From positions 310,001 through 374,000 of the forward strand of contig BROI01000013.1 in NCBI GenBank assembly GCA_027923505.1: 64,000 nt of DNA, read 5' to 3'. This stretch comes from Mayamaea pseudoterrestris (Eukaryota). Positions 33,223 through 43,297 of the stretch are shown one piece after another (position 1 is the first letter of the stretch; each line of letters begins with the position of its first letter). The position numbers and the translations under genes are program-made. The notes below the pieces were generated by a model. That model had not been told where the DNA came from, did not search any database, and saw only the letters and a list, made by a program, of their open reading frames with translations.

Positions 33223-36200
33223 ATGCCCAAGCGAAGACGAAGCAAGCCTCACCAAGAGCCACAGCAGCACGAAGAAGTATGGCAGCCTGTCGATGTCACT
33301 CTGGAGCGCAACGGTGAAACTGCCTTGGACGCGAACCACTACGACGATGACCAATCGCGCCAGCTGAAATCGCATTCCGACCTTGAGGCCCCGTCTACGG
33401 AGGACATGGGAATCTTTTTTGGTCTCCAAGTCATTCAGCCTGATCAATATCAAGTAACGACCAAGGCTGATGGGACGAAGCGGTTCATGATTGTTGGTAG
33501 GGGCGACGACCGCAACGGAGAACATGCCGATCAAGGCTCTGCCAACGCCGGCGAAACACGGCAGCAAAAGAAGAAGGACACAACTAAGAGTAACGGAACC
33601 GAGACGGACGTCATAAAAGCCAATGACAAACAGGTAGAGCATGTGGACGGAGAATCTCGAAAGAAGCGCCAAAAGAAGGAGAAGCAAAAGCGGAAGGAAA
33701 GTATCGACGCCGCCGAAGCACCTTTGCCGGATGACGCTGCTACAAGCTCATGCAGCGATACCGCGTCACCTACCGAGGAAGAGATTCAAGCTATGCAGCA
33801 GTCGTGGTTGATTGCCACAGGAGGCGTCTCACTTCATCCAGACTTGTGCAAGGGTCTGCTTCGGCAGCAGTTCTTTGCGCCTCTACCTATTCAGGCTGCT
33901 ACCTTGCCTGCCTCCGTCTTGGGCCGCCGTAACATTGTTGGCGCCGCTCCGACTGGTTCCGGAAAGACGCTGTCGTTTCTGATCCCAGTATTGCAGTGCC
34001 TGCTGGAGCAGCAAGATGAAGCGGCTGCTGCCACTAAACACGTCGATCTTGACGAGCCGAAACTGCAGGCGTTGATACTGACGCCCACGCGCGAGCTGGC
34101 CATGCAGATTCATCAAGAATGCGACAAGCTTTTGCCGCGACAGATTGGCACCATTGTAGGTGGACTTGCACTCGCCAAGCAGGCGAGGGTATTGAACAAA
34201 TTCAGGCCGCCCATTATCGTTGCTACACCGGGTCGACTCTGGGAATTGGTGAGTTTGTTATACAGTATGCGCGAGTTGGTTGGTGCAACTTGATCGAAGA
34301 AGAGAGAACATTGAACCGCATCGCCTAACTGAAAGATTTTGTGAAGAGCATTCATAGCACGTCAGTCTGAGATCATTACATTGCACTCGCATAATTTGCA
34401 CCCATTTCTTTCTTTTTTTCTCACATGTTCAATCATTGTTCCGTATTTAGATTACGTCTCGAGACTACCCACACTTGAATGATCTGTCTCAGATTCGCTT
34501 TCTAGTCATTGACGAGGCAGATCGCATGATGAAGCAAGGTAGTTTTCCGCAGTTAAAAAGCATTCTTGAATCAGTGCAAACAGCCAATCCGATGGATGAC
34601 GACGACGAAGAAGACATTGACGACTTGGATGACGATGAAGACGCGCTTGGGGATCGTCTTCTGGGACTGCCTGGCATTCGAGGTGAGGCTCAAGTTGAAA
34701 TGTTGACTGACGACATTCTCGCGCAGATTGAGGAGCAGCGGACGGGGCACAAGCCTGTTACCGAGGAAGTGGACGATGAGGACATTGAGTTTGGAGATGA
34801 CGAGAGCGATGAGAACGTTGATGATGACATATCACTGCCTCTTGCTCCTCCCGTTCATCGATTAACCTTCGTTTATTCTGCTACCTTGACACTTCCCGCG
34901 TCGGAGAAGTACGTCAAGTCGACGAAGAAGTCCAAGCGGCAGTCCGGTGTCGAAGGTGCAATTGCCGAGATACTTGACAAGGCTCATGCAAAAGGGAAAA
35001 CCAAGGTCGTTGATTTATCAAGTGGGAAGAAGGTGAACTCAACGCAAGTCAAAGTAACGGAGACTGACAGCAAGTCGCGCCAAAGAAAGGAAAAGGAGGC
35101 ACCGCCGCAAACTAGGCAATTTCAACTACCGCCTGGGCTGACGTTGCAACAAATAAAGTGTACGCAAAAGCACAAGGACTCTCATCTATATGCCTACTTG
35201 ACGACCACAGCTGACGGTGCAGCTGGTCCATGCTTGGTGTTTTGCAACTCGATTGCCGGAGTGCGAAGGTTGGGAGCGACTTTGCAGACTCTGGGCATGG
35301 ACGTTCGGATTTTGCACGCTAAGATGCAACAGGTACGTGAATTGTGTTCTGGAAATAATGCTTGCGATCGTCAGCTATGAGGATATCTACTACTTTCCTG
35401 ATGCACCGTTCAAAATGATCGGAACATTAACGTGAGGGTTTATGTGAACAATCTCTGAGCCAGCCCATATTCGATCATGCAATTGCTAATGAAACTTGAT
35501 TGATCTCTTATCTTACCATATACCTTTGTCCTCTAGCGCGCACGGATGAAGGCTGTTGAGTCGTTAAAGCAGTCTAAACGCCGAGTGGTTGTCATTGCAA
35601 CTGATGTGGCTGCTCGCGGACTTGACATTCCTTCCGTTGCCACAGTTGTCCACTATGATGCATCTCGGACCGTTGACACGTTCGTGCATCGAGCGGGACG
35701 AACAGCGGTGAGTTAACGATTGCTGACGAAATGGTGTCATGTTTTGCGACTGTGATGATCCAACGGTATTCGGACTAGAGTCTCAGAAGGTTTACATGTT
35801 GATTTACACCCTTGGCTGTCTGAGTTGCACTGATCATGGCGCCTCTCGTTTCGCTCGTTGATATTTAACTAACAGACTGTCTTTGCCTATGCAGCGCGGA
35901 GTGGGAGTAGGTTCAACAGGTTGCAGTGTTTCCTTGATCGCATCGGGCGAAGACAAGAACCATGCCCGCATCTTTCACGCTCTCCAGGCAAAGTTTGAAC
36001 CAGTTCATTTAGATGGCCGACTTTTGACAGCCGCCCAGGAGCGAGTCAACCTTGCTTCGAAGGTCGTCCTTGACGATGAGTTGGAGCAACGTAGAACTCG
36101 ATCGAATCAGTGGTACAAGGAGCAAGCTGACGCCGTTGGATTCGACGTTGAGGATGACATGTATGAGGATGCGGATGACAAGGACCAGCGACAACAAGGT

Positions 36201-36338
36201 CGTTCTAGGGAAGCAAAGGCGTCCAAAGCCAAGTTAAAGGCACTGCTATCCCAGCCCATGGTTGCTCAGCGCTACGGCAAGTTCCTTTCGACCAGTCAGG
36301 CCGTGACGAGCATGCGCGTGGCGCCGTTGAACAAATGA
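33223..36338 (+). CDS. DDX24: DEAD-box RNA helicase, DDX24/MAK5-like; introns 34249-34450, 35333-35536, 35708-35894
   Basis: [52 protein letters not shown]-terminal ERVNLA...W segment typical of MAK5. Confidence 0.85.
34291..34375 (+). ncRNA. Candidate intronic C/D snoRNA, snR72-like (LSU Am876 equivalent)
   Basis: Terminal stem TGATC/GATCA; degenerate box C AAGAAGA; D' CTGA 34329; C' GTGAAGA; box D CTGA 34367; guide GCACGTCAGT is antisense to the conserved LSU ACUGACGUGC. Confidence 0.6.
35372..35462 (+). ncRNA. Intronic C/D snoRNA, snR52-like (LSU Um2921 equivalent)
   Basis: Box C ATGAGGA 35377; box D CTGA 35455; guide GTGAACAATC is antisense to the LSU A-loop GAUUGUUCAC, and D+5 falls on the U before G. 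Confidence 0.75.
35745..35829 (+). ncRNA. Intronic double-guide C/D snoRNA (snoR37/U53 plus snR78/U52-like)
   Basis: Stem TGCGAC/GTTGCA; box C GTGATGA 35752; guide GGACTAGAGTC before D' CAGA; C' ATGTTGA; guide CCCTTGGCTGT before box D CTGA 35820. Confidence 0.85.
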
Positions 36339-36397
36339 GGATAGCGAAGAAGATGAGTAAGTACACTAAGTGTTACTATGCATGTGAGAAATCATGA

Positions 36398-36479
36398 TCG
36401 ACGGTGACGAACAAGGTTTTCGGACTAGAGTCTCTGAAAGCATACATGTTGATATTATCCTTGGCTGTGTCTGAGTCGA
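36398..36479 (+). ncRNA. Paralogous double-guide C/D snoRNA in a putative 3'UTR intron (36357-36545)
   Basis: Stem TCGAC/GTCGA; box C GTGACGA; guide GGACTAGAGTC before D' CTGA; guide CCTTGGCTGTGT before box D CTGA 36471; flanked by a GTAAGT donor and TTCCTTGCAG acceptor. Confidence 0.8.
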
Positions 36480-36688
36480 CTGAAAATTGCCGATTGTACA
36501 AGCCTGTACGCTGCTGTCTTTCTCACATTGTGCCTTTCCTTGCAGCTAGTGTCATGGACGAATGGTGAAATTAGCTGCAAGCGATGACAATGAACAAAGC
36601 AAGGGTACACGCTGCCTGATTAGGTTTACATGCATATACTCGTATACGTAGCAGTTGCAAACTAAATGAGACTGAAGTAATAAAACAA

Positions 36689-37741
36689 CTATTTCTTCTT
36701 GTGCTGCTGCTCCCGCACATGACCAACAAATTTGCGATAGACTTGATCGTCCGTTGCTTGCTGCTTGGGTGGTAGCGTGCGACGCTGCACGTTCGTCGCC
36801 CCTCTTCGCGCCGCCTCAAAGCCAATGCGATCGTCATTGGCGTCAGCAGTATCAGTTGCATCAACAATTGCTTTCGTGTTGCTCCTTGTTGGATTGTTGT
36901 CAACGAAAGCTGCACCAGTACCCTGTTGTTGCTGCTGCTCGACAAATTCCTGCGGCAGATCCATGGTCCGTATGCTCGGCTGAGCAAACCGGCTTGGGAC
37001 GGCGTGATGACTCGCCCAACTTGTTGGCAATGTATGAGTACCATTCTTGTCGTTCGATAATGCGTTGCGCGGCAATTGCTGCTTTGAGTCTACTCTTGTC
37101 GGAGGCAATATTACTTCGGCAATGCCTGTACCCGCCAGCATGGCGCCGCCCGTTCCAGTATCTCCCTCGGCCTTTGCATTATCCTCCGTGTCAAATTTTC
37201 CTGCCAATTGACGCGCCTTGGCTGCCAGCTGCTGGTAGAGTTCCTGTTCGTCGGCTGGTAAGTGTGAGCTGTCTAGTTGCACCTGGTGCTGCCTATCGTT
37301 CTTCATGGCTGATGCAATCTCACTGTTGCTCGCAGCGCTGTCAAGCTTTTGCTGAATAAATTCTTCCATTGCCTGTTGATGTTTCGATTCCCAAAGTCCA
37401 AGCTGTGACTTATTGTCTTGATCATTGTCGCTATCAATATTCTTTAAACCTGCAGCGCGTCGCTTTCGTTCCAACACCTTGTATTCGCCATCGTGTGGAG
37501 CAACGAGCAGGTCTTGCGCATTGACGCCTCGCTTATACTGCATATCCGTCAGGAGTTTGCGCTTTCTCTTGGTTCGCTGAATCCGATCAAAGGTGCCTTC
37601 ATTGTCAGCGACTCCGTCTCCATCAAAAGCAACAGCTGCTGCTTGAGTTTTATCAGCAGCATCGTGCTCAGCCTCGCTGTCGTCGCTAGTTTCCTCGCGT
37701 CGACTGCTTGGCTTTCGTTTCAGAGTTCGCTTCTTGAACAT
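36689..37741 (-). CDS. C9orf78/Tls1 (HCA59)-like splicing-associated protein
   Basis: MEEFIQQKL, MLAGTGIAEVILP, C-terminal ATDDQVYRKF. The longer ORF merely extends upstream into the repeat array. Confidence 0.7.
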   Translation of the reverse strand: MFKKRTLKRKPSSRREETSDDSEAEHDAADKTQAAAVAFDGDGVADNEGTFDRIQRTKRKRKLLTDMQYKRGVNAQDLLVAPHDGEYKVLERKRRAAGLKNIDSDNDQDNKSQLGLWESKHQQAMEEFIQQKLDSAASNSEIASAMKNDRQHQVQLDSSHLPADEQELYQQLAAKARQLAGKFDTEDNAKAEGDTGTGGAMLAGTGIAEVILPPTRVDSKQQLPRNALSNDKNGTHTLPTSWASHHAVPSRFAQPSIRTMDLPQEFVEQQQQQGTGAAFVDNNPTRSNTKAIVDATDTADANDDRIGFEAARRGATNVQRRTLPPKQQATDDQVYRKFVGHVREQQHKKK

Positions 37742-37848
37742 GCTGTTTGTGAATGCAGTTGGCGACCTTAAAGTTGCGTTCGATGTGATGGTTGCAAGGC
37801 TGATGGCGCTTGAACGAATGGCCATCCTGTTTGCTTTACAGTTGACAG

Positions 37849-38280
37849 TACACTCTGGCTTACAGTGCCAAAAACTTTGATTTTCAACGGCTGTCAATGC
37901 TACACTCTGAACCAGTGTGCCAAAAAGTTTGATTTTCAACGGCTGATGATACTACACTCCGAACCAGTGTGCCAAAAACTTTGATTTTCAACAGCTGTCA
38001 ATGCTACACTCCGAACGAGTGTGCCAAAAACTTTGATTTTCAACGGCTGTCAAAGCTACACTTTGAACCGGTGCGCCAAAAACTTTGATTTTCAACGGCT
38101 GGCAATGCTACACTCCGAACCAGTGTGAACCAGTGTGCCAAAAACTTTGATTTTCAACGGCTGTCAAAGCTACACTTTGAACCGGTGCGCCAAAAACTTT
38201 GATTTTCAACGGCTGGCAATGCTACACTCCGAACCAGTGTGAACCAGTGTGCCAAAAACTTTGATTTTCAACGGCTGTTT
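37849..38280 (+). repeat. 52-bp tandem array, family B (8 cores)
   Basis: Core GTGCCAAAAACTTTGATTTTCAACGG at 37865, 37917, 37969, 38021, 38073, 38135, 38187, 38249. Confidence 0.95.
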
Positions 38281-38429
38281 TAGGAACTACACTTTGATGC
38301 ACAGTAGCTTGTATATCAAAGTAAGATATTGAATCACAGTGAACTCGCGCCAGCAAACCATGGCGTCTCATCGGTACTGATGTTGCACCGCGCCCGAAAC
38401 CATACATGCAGTCAACTCTCTCGACGACG

Positions 38430-40271
38430 ATGGGACGAGGAGGCCGGCGCAACCGCAAGCGTAAGCTTTCCGCAGAAGATGAAGGAAACACGAATGCAAA
38501 AGAAGAGGCTCTGACGGTACATGTTACTTGGTGGAGCGAGACTTGTAGCTCTAGGAAGGAGCTACTGGATTCGAAGCCTTTGCAAGTTGATGATGAGGCT
38601 TCAGCAGTCGTTCCTGTTCGAGATGATGACGATGAAACAAGCCTTACCCGTCATTACTATACTTTGCTTGCCACCAAGTACAAGTGGAAGTCACCGACCC
38701 TAGTTCAGTCACATGCATGGCCGCATATCTTGAGCAGACAGAGCCCTGGACAGCGACGAAAGCATGTCGCCTTTGTTTCGGCGACGGCATCCGGAAAGAC
38801 GCTTGCATTCGGCTTGCCGCTACTCATACGAGCTCATTATCAGAAACAACATGGACTAGTGCTGGTTCCAACGAGGGAGCTTGCCGGTCAAGTTGGAAAG
38901 AATCTGAATGATTGGAATGCGACGATATTGTCGTCCGGCAAAATGCACCATGCAGCAACGCAAAACACAGTGATTCTCGTCATGCACGGCGGTGGCGCGT
39001 CGACGACAATCCACATGGACGCCATTCACAAGGCTTTGAGCAACGAAACGTTTCTCATCATGGTTTCAACGCCTGGACGGTTCCTTGATGTGCTGGAAAC
39101 AATGGAACAGGCGGCAATAAACACTAAAGAAAGTCCTGGTTCCAAGCTACCTCCAATCAAGCTTTCCACAATTTGTTTGGATGAAGCGGATCGCTTGGCA
39201 ATACAAGCTGACTTATCCAAACAAGTGGACGACATTTTGGAACGAGTCATTGAGGGACGTGATCAGCAGCAGCAGCTGTGTCTGTGTTCGGCAACGCTTG
39301 CGGCGGCAGCTCGCACAAAGTGGGACGATTGGCTGCAGCGTACGACTCATTCCGATTGCGTCTTGGTTCAGATTGGAGGATGTACCAGTCAGAAACATTC
39401 GCAAAATGGAGGCGACGCATCTGTTGCGAGTGATGCCGCACCCGATAGCGAGCAGCACTCACCCAACAGCGCCCGCAGTACCAACATGTTTTCTCGCATA
39501 CCAACCAACTTGACGCAAGTATTGCATGTTTGCGCCGAACACAAGAAGCCTCGCAAGCTCATTACGACGCTACAAGGCATTCGAACCGACTCTAAAGGAA
39601 AGACTGGTCTTGGTATCATCTTTTTCAATCGCATCAAAACACTACAATTTGCCAGCAAGCTGCTGCAAAAGAGTCACATTAGCAGTCTTGAGCTCCACAG
39701 CCAGTTGCACCAGCACGAGCGTGACCGCGCGATGCAACTGTTTGCGAGTGGACGTGTGCCGCTGCTACTGGCGACGGATGTGGCAGCCCGCGGCTTACAC
39801 GTTAGCCACGTCAAGTATATTGTGAATTACGATTTTCCTGGTAATTTGGAGCAATACATTCATCGGTGTGGTCGGGCCGGGCGAAACCAAACGGCAAATG
39901 CTGCTGGCGTGGTTTACAGCTTTTTCACGCGCAACTTTAGCGTCATGGCCAAGGACTTGGTGGTGTTGCTCAAGGCGACGAACCAGCACGTTGATGCAAA
40001 CTTGATAGAGTTGGCGCGTGACACTAAAAGGCATGCGGTTGCGTCAAACGAATCTGGGCAGGCTGTAAAAGATGCAAAGCGGCAACGAGCGAGTGATGGC
40101 GAGTTAGCAGTGGAGGAACGTGAAGAAGAATCTGCACCAGAAGACGAAGAAGGAAACGACGGTGCTGCCATGAAGGATCATCCTGCGAATCGAATTGTGT
40201 TGAGACGAGCTGGAAACGTAAGCGATGCATCATCCGACAGCGACGACGAGGAAGACAATGAAAGCAAGTAG
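38430..40271 (+). CDS. DEAD-box RNA helicase
   Basis: [40 protein letters not shown]. Confidence 0.88.
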   Translation: MGRGGRRNRKRKLSAEDEGNTNAKEEALTVHVTWWSETCSSRKELLDSKPLQVDDEASAVVPVRDDDDETSLTRHYYTLLATKYKWKSPTLVQSHAWPHILSRQSPGQRRKHVAFVSATASGKTLAFGLPLLIRAHYQKQHGLVLVPTRELAGQVGKNLNDWNATILSSGKMHHAATQNTVILVMHGGGASTTIHMDAIHKALSNETFLIMVSTPGRFLDVLETMEQAAINTKESPGSKLPPIKLSTICLDEADRLAIQADLSKQVDDILERVIEGRDQQQQLCLCSATLAAAARTKWDDWLQRTTHSDCVLVQIGGCTSQKHSQNGGDASVASDAAPDSEQHSPNSARSTNMFSRIPTNLTQVLHVCAEHKKPRKLITTLQGIRTDSKGKTGLGIIFFNRIKTLQFASKLLQKSHISSLELHSQLHQHERDRAMQLFASGRVPLLLATDVAARGLHVSHVKYIVNYDFPGNLEQYIHRCGRAGRNQTANAAGVVYSFFTRNFSVMAKDLVVLLKATNQHVDANLIELARDTKRHAVASNESGQAVKDAKRQRASDGELAVEEREEESAPEDEEGNDGAAMKDHPANRIVLRRAGNVSDASSDSDDEEDNESK

Positions 40272-40346
40272 AATGACTATAAAAGTAAATTAAATCTCTT
40301 TATATGCAAAATTACGCAAAGTATTCGGCTGACTGATGACCCTTCA

Positions 40347-40936
40347 CTAGACAGCCAAGCTCCACAGCAAGGACGTTCCGACTACCCCCATCATGACGGC
40401 GCTGCTCCAGACGATTGATAGAGACGCCCCTCCACTTTCGGCGTTCGCATCTTGACAAGTATCAGCCGTGAGGTTGCAGGATGGAACGTAGGAGTTTGAT
40501 TCGCAAACGAGCAGCTTGCGAAAAGAGTCGCTGCAAAAGTTTCCGGCGCAGCTTTGCGAGCAAGTATCCAGCGTTTCGCACAGCAAGCCATCCACCGTGG
40601 CGCAGTTATCGTCACTGAGTGTAGCGTTGGCGGAAGCATCCGTCGCATTGGTGGAGGCAGCAGTTGCAGCTGACGAGGATGCAGCAGACTGTGGAAGGTT
40701 CGTCTTGATGCATTCGGTGCAATTGTTAATGTTAAAGTTGCCTAGAGGAAGGAGTGGATGAGTCAATCACCTTGATCATGACTATACGCAAAAGTCCCAA
40801 GCGAAGCAATGAACGTACCAGTGACAATGAGGCACGCTCCAAGGACGCCTCGCTGCCCCGTGCATTCGGAGTACGCCGTCGAGGTGAGGACTCCAAGGAA
40901 GAGGGAGGCGAGCAGCGGCAAGCAATGCTTCATCAT
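40347..40936 (-). CDS. Small Cys-rich secreted, probably GPI-anchored protein; intron 40742-40818
   Basis: Signal peptide MMKHCLPLLASLFLGVLTSTAYS, many Cys, S/A/T linker, SGG followed by a hydrophobic tail. Confidence 0.7.
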
Positions 40937-41175
40937 GATTGAGAGAGAAAAAGGTTTATAGAAATGCAATGCGAGAATATTGTAGTAAGTACTTTCACGC
41001 TCGACTTCCGGATGCGTCAAGAACAATGATCCGTTCAAGGCACGATCCTACGGAGCGTTTGATCATGGCGGTCGCGACGAGTTGCGCACCCAAATTTTAT
41101 GTCGCAGCGGTTAGCTATGTCACAGCGGTACATAGCGGCGCGCCATGTTCCCGTCCGTCTTTTTTAACAACACCA

Positions 41176-42876
41176 ATGAGTTACATTAACAACACATCAT
41201 TCATGCCTGCAAGAAGTGTGCCATCATTTAGATTTTTCAACCTACTGCAGTTTGGAATGGTTGTTCTGGTTTTCGGCAGTAGTTGCATGCGTCGTCAGCA
41301 CTTTTGTGTTTCGTCCTTGCAGCACCCACTTACTCGGATGGCAACATATCCAAGGACCAGAACACATCAGATGGCATACAAACCCATGGCAAAAATGACT
41401 CCCTCTACACAAGAAGACGATCATGATTCATACACTGACTTTAATCACAGAGTCTGCTTGGCCGTTGGTTCCAATCTGGGCAATCGATTCGAAAACATTC
41501 ACAAGGCCCTGCAGTTGCTTTGCATTGACGACAGTCACAACACCAAGACAAAGCTCATTCAAACATCCTTTTTACGCGAAACAGCTCCCATGTACTTGTC
41601 GGAGCAGCCGCACTTTTTGAACGGCGCCGTCATGCTGGAGACGAGTTTGTCGCCGCGCGACATGCTGCAGCGCATCAAATCAGTCGAAACGCGACTGGGA
41701 CGAAACATCAACGACACGAAACGCAACGGCCCGCGACCCGTCGATTTGGACATTATACTGTATGAAGCCAAACGTCGTAACAGTGACGACTACGCGCCAG
41801 TGGCAGTCAACGAGCCGGACCTTGTCGTGCCGCACGCGTCCATGCAGGAGCGAGAATTCGTGTTGGAACCATTGATGGATCTCGTTGGCGGCGACTTTAC
41901 TCATCCAGTCTTAAATCAAACGCTGGAACAACTCTTGGCGCAACTGCGCAACGACAAATCCGACGCTACCGCAGCTGCCGTTCGCGTGCTGGCGCTCCCT
42001 CGCAATCGCGTCATTCACTTGAACGAAACCATTGTCATGGGCATTCTCAACGTGACGCCCGACAGCTTTAGCGACGGCGGAAGGTGGTCGTCCAGCGTGG
42101 AGACAGCGGTGCAGCAGGCGCTGCAGATGGAGCGAGACGGCGCTCACGTCATTGACGTTGGCGGCGAGTCGACGCGTCCCGGTGCCAAGGAACTTGACGT
42201 CAACGTGGAGCTGCAGCGCACCGTTCCCGTCATTCGGCAACTACGAAACGTATCAGATATACCAATATCGATTGATACGAGGCATGCCATTGTTGCAAAA
42301 GCAGCTATTGACGCTGGAGCGGATATTGTCAATGATGTGAGCGGAGGTCAATTCGACAAACAAATGCTATCGACAGTGGCCAAACTAGCCGTTCCCATGG
42401 TATTGATGCATATGAGAGGGACACCGGAAACAATGCAATTATTGGCGCAATATGAAAACGTTGTCAAGGACGTTGCCGATGCAATGGCGGAGCGATCTGC
42501 TGCGGCGGAACGAGCGGGTGTGCACCGGTGGACGCAAGTCATTGACCCTGGTATTGGGTTCGCCAAGGGCACGAAGGGCAATCTACAATTACTCGGAAAT
42601 TTAAAAAGGCTACGATCAGTAACACGCAATCTACCAATTATGCTTGGGACGAGCCGCAAAGGATTCATTGGACGATTAACCGGCACCGACGCGGCCAAGG
42701 ACAGAGATCCAGGAACAATTGCCACAATGGTCGCCGCATTGTGTTTGGATGACTCGGCCGATGCTGGCTGCAACTTGGTTCGCGTGCATAACGTTTCAGC
42801 GTGTAAGCAGGCCATGGTGGTAATAGATGCGATACGTATGTGTCGCCAAGACACAAACGCAGAATCCGAAGAATGA
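41176..42876 (+). CDS. Bifunctional HPPK-DHPS (folate synthesis); start uncertain
   Basis: HPPK motifs LAVGSNLG, FLNG, GPRPVDLDI; DHPS motifs MGILNVTPDSFSDGG, GGESTRPG, DPGIGF, SRKGFI, RVHNV. Confidence 0.93.
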   Translation: MSYINNTSFMPARSVPSFRFFNLLQFGMVVLVFGSSCMRRQHFCVSSLQHPLTRMATYPRTRTHQMAYKPMAKMTPSTQEDDHDSYTDFNHRVCLAVGSNLGNRFENIHKALQLLCIDDSHNTKTKLIQTSFLRETAPMYLSEQPHFLNGAVMLETSLSPRDMLQRIKSVETRLGRNINDTKRNGPRPVDLDIILYEAKRRNSDDYAPVAVNEPDLVVPHASMQEREFVLEPLMDLVGGDFTHPVLNQTLEQLLAQLRNDKSDATAAAVRVLALPRNRVIHLNETIVMGILNVTPDSFSDGGRWSSSVETAVQQALQMERDGAHVIDVGGESTRPGAKELDVNVELQRTVPVIRQLRNVSDIPISIDTRHAIVAKAAIDAGADIVNDVSGGQFDKQMLSTVAKLAVPMVLMHMRGTPETMQLLAQYENVVKDVADAMAERSAAAERAGVHRWTQVIDPGIGFAKGTKGNLQLLGNLKRLRSVTRNLPIMLGTSRKGFIGRLTGTDAAKDRDPGTIATMVAALCLDDSADAGCNLVRVHNVSACKQAMVVIDAIRMCRQDTNAESEE

Positions 42877-43297
42877 TGGCCAATGCCATGGAATGATCAT
42901 CCTGCAGAAGCGCCTCCAATGCTTCGAAGTGCAGTTGCTCGCGTTCCAGTATGACGCGCATTTCCTTACCTTTTCAGCATCCTACACACAAAGTCACACT
43001 ACTATAGAAGTATTGATATAGCTGCTAACACTCATAGCTATGTTATGATGATCAAGATGGTATCAGATTGCTAGATGATTACTTCAAGTGGGAATTTCGT
43101 CACGAGCGACCGGGTAAAGATGCGAGGAGAATGCAACGCGGCTCTCACACAACAATTTTCTCATAGTATATTTACCATTGTTTTCGTTAATATGCGTGAG
43201 TCAGAGTTAAAAGAGCTGTTGCTTTTCGTTCGCATTGAGATGTATGCCGAAGCTGGACTGCTGATCAAATAACTCGGACCGACAGCCAGAGGCTTCA

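Noticed and set aside
37742..37939. N-terminal extension of the 416-aa ORF
   Set aside because: It starts at a near-cognate codon inside the repeat array; ATG 37741 is more plausible.
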